Assembly (NCBI GenBank): GCA_040081625.1 | Contig: JBEBGD010000072.1 | Span: 1-28,211 of the forward strand | Source: Chthoniobacteraceae bacterium | GTDB lineage: Bacteria; Verrucomicrobiota; Verrucomicrobiia; Chthoniobacterales; Chthoniobacteraceae | Length of the DNA stretch: 28,211 nt | Reading direction: 5' to 3' | In this document: positions 23,668 to 28,211 of the stretch, piece by piece | Position numbering within the stretch: position 1 is the first letter of the stretch | Layout of the letters: each line of letters begins with the position of its first letter | Notes under the pieces: generated by a model | Databases searched by the model: none | The model's input: the letters and a program-made list of their open reading frames with translations, nothing else | Told to the model about the DNA's origin: nothing | Translations under genes and position numbers: made by a program

Positions 23668-25101
23668 ATGAAACGACTCATCCTTTTCATCCTCGCATTT
23701 CTGCCTCTCGCGCTGTGCGCCGCAGAGCGTGTGACGATCGTGATCGGCGCCAGCGCGCCGGAGCTGGAGAAGCGCGCGGCGGGAGAGTTGGCGGGCGCGT
23801 TGCAGAAGTTGTTCAACGCGCAGACGACGGTGCAGAACGCGCTCCCGGAAAGCGGCGCGGCGATCCTCGTCGGCAGCCCCGCGACGAACGCAGCGGTGAA
23901 GACTGCGCTCGGTGCGCAATGGCCCGCGCTTTCCGCGCAAGGTCACGTCTTGAAGAGCGTCGCATCACCGCGCGGCGCGATGCTTGTCGCAGGCGGTGGC
24001 AGTCCGGTCGCGAGCCTGTGGGCGGTGCATGAACTGGGCTATCGCTTCGGCATCCGGCATCTGCTGCACGGAGATTTCATGCCGCTGGAAAAGCCGGCGT
24101 TCACACTCGAGGGCTTCGACGTCGTGCTCGAGCCCCGGGTGAAGGAGCGCGCGTGGAGCGGCTTCCTCGGCCGGCCATTCGGAGCGGAGGCGTGGAGCAT
24201 CGACGAGCAGAAGCGCCTGCTCGGCCAGCTCGCGAAACTCAAGTTCACGCACTTCGTGATCCCCGCGAAGGTCACGCCGTTCGCCGCGATCCGCGTCGAT
24301 GGCGACACGCCGGGGCGCAAGGCCTTCAAAGGCGCGAAGGAGTTCGCGAACGCCGACCTTGCATCGGACTACATCAAGCGCCTCAAGGCCGCTGCCGCGG
24401 AAGCCGGGATCGAGACGCGGACCGCCGCCGCGAGTGCGGCGATGTCCTCGCTGCTTCCGCACTTTCAAATCGAGTCGCTCGCTGACGTGGTGGTGACACC
24501 CGGCGACGCGAACGCCAGCGCGCACTTCCTCTCGCGCTCGTCATTCGCCGCCGATCTCACCGCCGAGCGCGCGCTCAGCGACCTCGCGACGCCCATCTGC
24601 GGGAAGGAAGTCGATGAGCGCTTGCTCAAGGGCTTCGGCGCCGTCGCGACCGCCGCATCGCTGATCGCCACGAACGACCCCGCGCTCGCCGTGCCCGATG
24701 CACGCATGATCGCGCGGCAACTCGAAAGCAGCGAGGCGCCGCCCGCGTGGTGGACGCAGGCGAAGGATCTCTACACGTCGGCCATGAACGAAATGTATCG
24801 CGCGAACACTCGCGCCCGCGACGGCGCGCGACCGTTCACGCTCTATCACGCGAAGCGCTTCGAGTTCGCCGTCCACTTCCTCACGAGCATCGAGGCCGCG
24901 CGCAAGGCCGGTAACGCGAAGGCGCAGGGCGACAAGGACGCGCAGCTCGCCGCGCTCGAAGCCGCCGTCGAGGGAATGTATAACGCGCTCAACGCCCTCG
25001 CCGATGTCGCACGCGACCCGAGCGACCGCGGCGCCATCGCCGTCCTCAACGAGCACGGCTACCGCCCGTTGATCCGCGCCCTCGAAGCGGGCGCGAATTG
25101 A
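23668..25101 (+). CDS. Secreted hypothetical protein with GH20/GH67-type N-terminal domain and helical C-terminus
   Basis: Signal peptide, ELEKRAAGELAGAL...ILVGSP...QGHVLK...LVAGGGSPVASLWAVHEL..FGIR...P..KERAW pattern. Last gene of the operon. Confidence 0.7.
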   Translation: MKRLILFILAFLPLALCAAERVTIVIGASAPELEKRAAGELAGALQKLFNAQTTVQNALPESGAAILVGSPATNAAVKTALGAQWPALSAQGHVLKSVASPRGAMLVAGGGSPVASLWAVHELGYRFGIRHLLHGDFMPLEKPAFTLEGFDVVLEPRVKERAWSGFLGRPFGAEAWSIDEQKRLLGQLAKLKFTHFVIPAKVTPFAAIRVDGDTPGRKAFKGAKEFANADLASDYIKRLKAAAAEAGIETRTAAASAAMSSLLPHFQIESLADVVVTPGDANASAHFLSRSSFAADLTAERALSDLATPICGKEVDERLLKGFGAVATAASLIATNDPALAVPDARMIARQLESSEAPPAWWTQAKDLYTSAMNEMYRANTRARDGARPFTLYHAKRFEFAVHFLTSIEAARKAGNAKAQGDKDAQLAALEAAVEGMYNALNALADVARDPSDRGAIAVLNEHGYRPLIRALEAGAN

Positions 25102-25104
25102 CGC

Positions 25105-25647
25105 TTACCCGCCGAAAACCTCGCGCCGCAGCACGCCGACGAAGGGCAGGTTGCGATACCGCTCCTCGTAGTCGAGTCCGTAGCCGACGACGAATTCGTC
25201 TCCGATCTCGAACCCCGAGTAGGCGGCCTCGACTTCCGCCGCGCGCGTCTTGCGTTTGTTGAGCAGCACGCAGCACTTCACGCTCAGCGGCCGGCACTCG
25301 GCGCGCAGCTTTTCGCAGATCGCGTGCAGCGTGAGGCCGGTGTCGAGGATGTCATCGATCACTAGCACGTGGCGGCCATCGATGTCCGGCAGCTCGGTTT
25401 GGTGAAAGGTCACTTCGCCCGTGCTCTCGGTGCCGCCGTGGTAGCTCGAGACGCTGAGTGCATCGAGCTTCAGCGGCAGCGGGATGCGCCGCAGCAGGTC
25501 GGCCATGAACATGAACGAACCATTGAGCACGGCGACGACCGTCAGCTCCTTGTCGCGGTAGTCCCCGGTGATCTGCGCGCCGAGTTCGTCGAGCCGGGAG
25601 AGGATCGTCTGTTCGTGGAAGAGGACGCGTTCGATGTCGTCGAGCAT
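25105..25647 (-). CDS. hpt: Hypoxanthine phosphoribosyltransferase
   Basis: VLNGSFMFMADL, VSSY, VLVIDDILDTGLTL, FVVGYGLDYEERYRNLP. Start ATG 25647. Confidence 0.96.
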   Translation of the reverse strand: MLDDIERVLFHEQTILSRLDELGAQITGDYRDKELTVVAVLNGSFMFMADLLRRIPLPLKLDALSVSSYHGGTESTGEVTFHQTELPDIDGRHVLVIDDILDTGLTLHAICEKLRAECRPLSVKCCVLLNKRKTRAAEVEAAYSGFEIGDEFVVGYGLDYEERYRNLPFVGVLRREVFGG

Positions 25648-25715
25648 GGGCGGGCATTCATGCACCAAGGAATTGTGATTGCCACGCCGAGTCTTGCGCT
25701 ACTACAGGATTCACC

Positions 25716-26765
25716 ATGCCCAAGAACGCATTCCACCCGTCCATCGAAGGCGCCCAGCACGGCGCGAAATCGCTCGAAGCTTTTCTCGACTACGCCAAGG
25801 CCGCCGGCGCCGCGGGCGCGCAGCCTTCCAACTACATGCTCGGCGACGGCAAGGGCGGCATGCGCAAGGCGAAGGACATCCGCGCGGTGTTCGACGCGCG
25901 CGGCATGAAGCTCGACGGCATCAGCGCGCACTGCCCGTTCTGGGTTCACACCTCGATCTGGACCGGCACGAAGTCGGGCAACCCTTTCATCGCGCCCGAC
26001 GTGCTCAAGCTTTCGCCGGAGAAGATCGAGGCCTGGCACGAGAAGTATCTGCTCAAGCTCATGGACCTCGCCGCGGAACTCGGCGTGAAATCGATGCCGA
26101 TGTTCTGGGGCGTCGCGTTTGGCTGGGAGATGGCGACCGGCTATCCGTGGGGATTCTGGGGCGGGCCGGATGCGAAAGGTGGGAAGTTCGACCTGCTCGC
26201 GGAGGGGCAGGCGCGCTTTGTGAAAAAGACCGCGAAGCTCCGCGCTCACGCGAACAAGCTCGGCATCTACCTCTGCCACGAAATCCATCCCGGCACCGCC
26301 GCGAGCACCGGCGACGACTTCAACATGCTCGTGAGCATCTGCGACGGCGACAAGACGCTCGCCGTGAATGCAGACCCGAGCCACTGCTGGGAAGGCGAGG
26401 ACTGGGAGACGCGTTTCTTGAAAGTCGGCTCGCGCATCTACGCCGCGCACGTGAAGAACTTCGTGGTTCGCGCCGGCTTCCCGCTGCGCACGATGGAGGG
26501 CAACTGGCCGAAGCGCGCGATGCAATTCACCGACCTCGGCAGCGGCGACCTGAACATGGTCCGCTACGCCGAACTGCTGCTGCACGTGGGCTATCAGGAC
26601 CGCTACTGCAAGCTGCACAAGACCGCGTCCGCGCCTCTCGTCGTCGAGGCCGAGAGCGCGCACCAGGAACTCGATCACTGCTCCGCCGACGGCATCCGCT
26701 ACGTGAAGGAAAAGCTGTGCTGGCCGGCCGCGGGCGGGAGTTTCGAGGAGGGGATGGGCGCGTAA
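25716..26765 (+). CDS. Sugar phosphate isomerase/epimerase (xylose-isomerase-like TIM barrel)
   Basis: Metal-binding motifs HEIHPG, DPSH, HVK, VEAE. Confidence 0.85.
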   Translation: MPKNAFHPSIEGAQHGAKSLEAFLDYAKAAGAAGAQPSNYMLGDGKGGMRKAKDIRAVFDARGMKLDGISAHCPFWVHTSIWTGTKSGNPFIAPDVLKLSPEKIEAWHEKYLLKLMDLAAELGVKSMPMFWGVAFGWEMATGYPWGFWGGPDAKGGKFDLLAEGQARFVKKTAKLRAHANKLGIYLCHEIHPGTAASTGDDFNMLVSICDGDKTLAVNADPSHCWEGEDWETRFLKVGSRIYAAHVKNFVVRAGFPLRTMEGNWPKRAMQFTDLGSGDLNMVRYAELLLHVGYQDRYCKLHKTASAPLVVEAESAHQELDHCSADGIRYVKEKLCWPAAGGSFEEGMGA

Positions 26766-26777
26766 GCGCAAAGCGCT

Positions 26778-26856
26778 CTCTCCCTCTGCTTCGTCATCTT
26801 CTTCATGATCCTCGTCGGCTCGCGAAGCTGATGAAGATGAAGAAGCAGAAGGAGAG
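26778..26856. repeat. 28-bp imperfect inverted repeat between convergent genes
   Basis: CTCTCCCTCTGCTTCGTCATCTTCTTCA (26778-26805) versus TGATGAAGATGAAGAAGCAGAAGGAGAG (26829-26856), 25 of 28 complementary. Confidence 0.8.
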
Positions 26857-26859
26857 TCA

Positions 26860-27915
26860 TCAATGATCCCGCTCCAGCACCGCGAGCGTCTCGCGTAGAT
26901 TGCGCTCGATCGAAAATTCCGCGCCTTTCGCGATCAGGCGCTCGCGCACGTTCTCGCGCCGCATCGGGTCCGCCCACGCGCAGAGGCTGAAGATGAGCGC
27001 GTCGATATCGTCCGGCCGCTCGAGCAGGTCGCCCTCGACCTTCGGGTCCATGATTTCCGCGAAGCCGTTCGCGCGCGACGTGATCACCGGCACGCCCGCG
27101 GCCATCGCCTCGAGGCACGCGTTAGAGAACGGATCGTAGATCGTCGGCAGCACGAACACGTCGGCCGCCGCGAGCAGCCGCGGCACATCGTTTCGCGGAC
27201 CGAGGAAGCGCACGCGCGAGCCCGCATTCGTCGGCTTGCCGCGCCCGGCGACGAGCAGCAGCGGCGCGTCCTCGCCCATCCGGCGCACGGCTTCGATCGC
27301 GAAGCGCAGGCCCTTTCGCTCCCAACCCGAACCGGCGAATAGCGCGACATATTCGTCCTCGTCGATGCCGAGTTTCGCCCGCATCTCGGCGCGCGCGCCG
27401 TCCTCGACCGGCTGAGGTGGCAGGCCGTTGTAGATCACGTCGATGCGGTCCTCGGGATAGCCGGATTTCCGCACGATTTCCTTCCGCACGAACTTCGAGT
27501 TCGCGATCACCCGCCCGGCGCCGCGCTCGCAAAGGAGCGCGAACTCTAGCGCGAGAATTCCGCGGTTCGTTGGATACAGGCCGCGCAGCCAGCTCTTCCA
27601 CGCCGGCGCGAACTTTGCCTGTCGTTCCAGCCACGCAGCGTGAACGCCGTCGCCCGCGCGATACACGTCGCACCGGAGCACCCGCTCGAGGCTGAAGAGC
27701 ACGTCGCACTCTGTTCGGAGCGCCCGCGCGAAATTCATCGGCCCCTCGGCTTTCACGCGCACGATCTCGCCCGGCCACTGATCCGCCGGCCAGTCGCCCG
27801 CGGTGTAGAGCACGCATGTGTGGCCGCCCGTGATCGCCGCGTCGGCGAAACGCCGCGCGTAGGCTTCCGCCCCGCCGGTCTCCGAGTAGCCGCGACGAAC
27901 GATTCCGATGCGCAT
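26860..27915 (-). CDS. Glycosyltransferase family 4 (WaaG/RfaG-like)
   Basis: MRIGIVRRGYSETGGAE, YRAGDGVH, IANS, VIYNG, GSGWERKG, FVLPTIYDPFSNACLEAMAAGVPVI. Start ATG 27915. Confidence 0.92.
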   Translation of the reverse strand: MRIGIVRRGYSETGGAEAYARRFADAAITGGHTCVLYTAGDWPADQWPGEIVRVKAEGPMNFARALRTECDVLFSLERVLRCDVYRAGDGVHAAWLERQAKFAPAWKSWLRGLYPTNRGILALEFALLCERGAGRVIANSKFVRKEIVRKSGYPEDRIDVIYNGLPPQPVEDGARAEMRAKLGIDEDEYVALFAGSGWERKGLRFAIEAVRRMGEDAPLLLVAGRGKPTNAGSRVRFLGPRNDVPRLLAAADVFVLPTIYDPFSNACLEAMAAGVPVITSRANGFAEIMDPKVEGDLLERPDDIDALIFSLCAWADPMRRENVRERLIAKGAEFSIERNLRETLAVLERDH

Positions 27916-27961
27916 GTTTTTCAGGTGTGTGTGGGGCGGTGGCGTTGCAAAGTGCGCGCTC

Positions 27962-28211
27962 TTGTCCACTCCCGCGCCCGACTTCGCCAACCTCAATCTG
28001 CTCTACGCCACTTCCGCCCGCGTCGGCGGCAGCGGGCTCGATGCGGTCGCGCACGAGAGCTTGCGCGCCATCGCCGCGGCCGGGATGGACTGGAAAGCCG
28101 TCGCCTTCGACCAGCGCGCGGACGATCTCGATTCCACGCGCATCCGCACGCTCAAGCTCCATCCGGTGCGCCTGCTCGGCGCCGTCCTGCCGACCGAGAC
28201 TTATTACGGCG
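27962..28211 (+). CDS. 5' part of a probable GT4 glycosyltransferase, runs off the window (absent from ORF track)
   Basis: Open frame from TTG 27962: MSTPAPDFANLNLLYATSARVGGSGLDAVAHESLRAIAAAG..., a beta-strand/GG/helix start typical of GT-B enzymes. Divergent from the neighbouring GT4. Confidence 0.6.
   Translation, partial: MSTPAPDFANLNLLYATSARVGGSGLDAVAHESLRAIAAAGMDWKAVAFDQRADDLDSTRIRTLKLHPVRLLGAVLPTETYYG

Overview
GC-rich bacterial fragment, most likely Verrucomicrobiota (Chthoniobacterales/Spartobacteria-like). This is inferred from a PSCyt/DUF1549/DUF1553 + DUF1501 module, SD-less A/C-rich leaders and lineage-typical C-terminal domains. Bases 1-10 are a Tn5/Nextera adapter remnant. The left 13.2 kb is a metal-handling island. 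A His-rich TonB-dependent receptor and TonB run leftwards. A rightward operon follows: a CxxC/polyproline leader ORF (DUF2946/CruR/CutF-like), a structured 220-nt spacer, a beta-propeller/di-heme CCP-MauG-type protein, a secreted protein with two tandem CorA/MopE-like domains, a His-loop outer-membrane barrel, an ICMT-family methyltransferase and a Tat Rieske protein. A convergent P1B-4 ATPase closes the island. Best candidate for a new system: a CorAB/MopE-like kynurenine-copper capture and uptake locus with probable translational metal control, in a window with no methanotrophy or methanobactin genes. The rest holds a D-2-hydroxyacid dehydrogenase, upp, leuA with an unannotated Leu-rich attenuator peptide, an EF-hand protein, the PVC cytochrome/DUF1501/propeller operon containing a REP-like nested palindrome, hpt, a TIM-barrel isomerase and two divergent GT4 glycosyltransferases. 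All family calls are by motif recognition; no searches were run.
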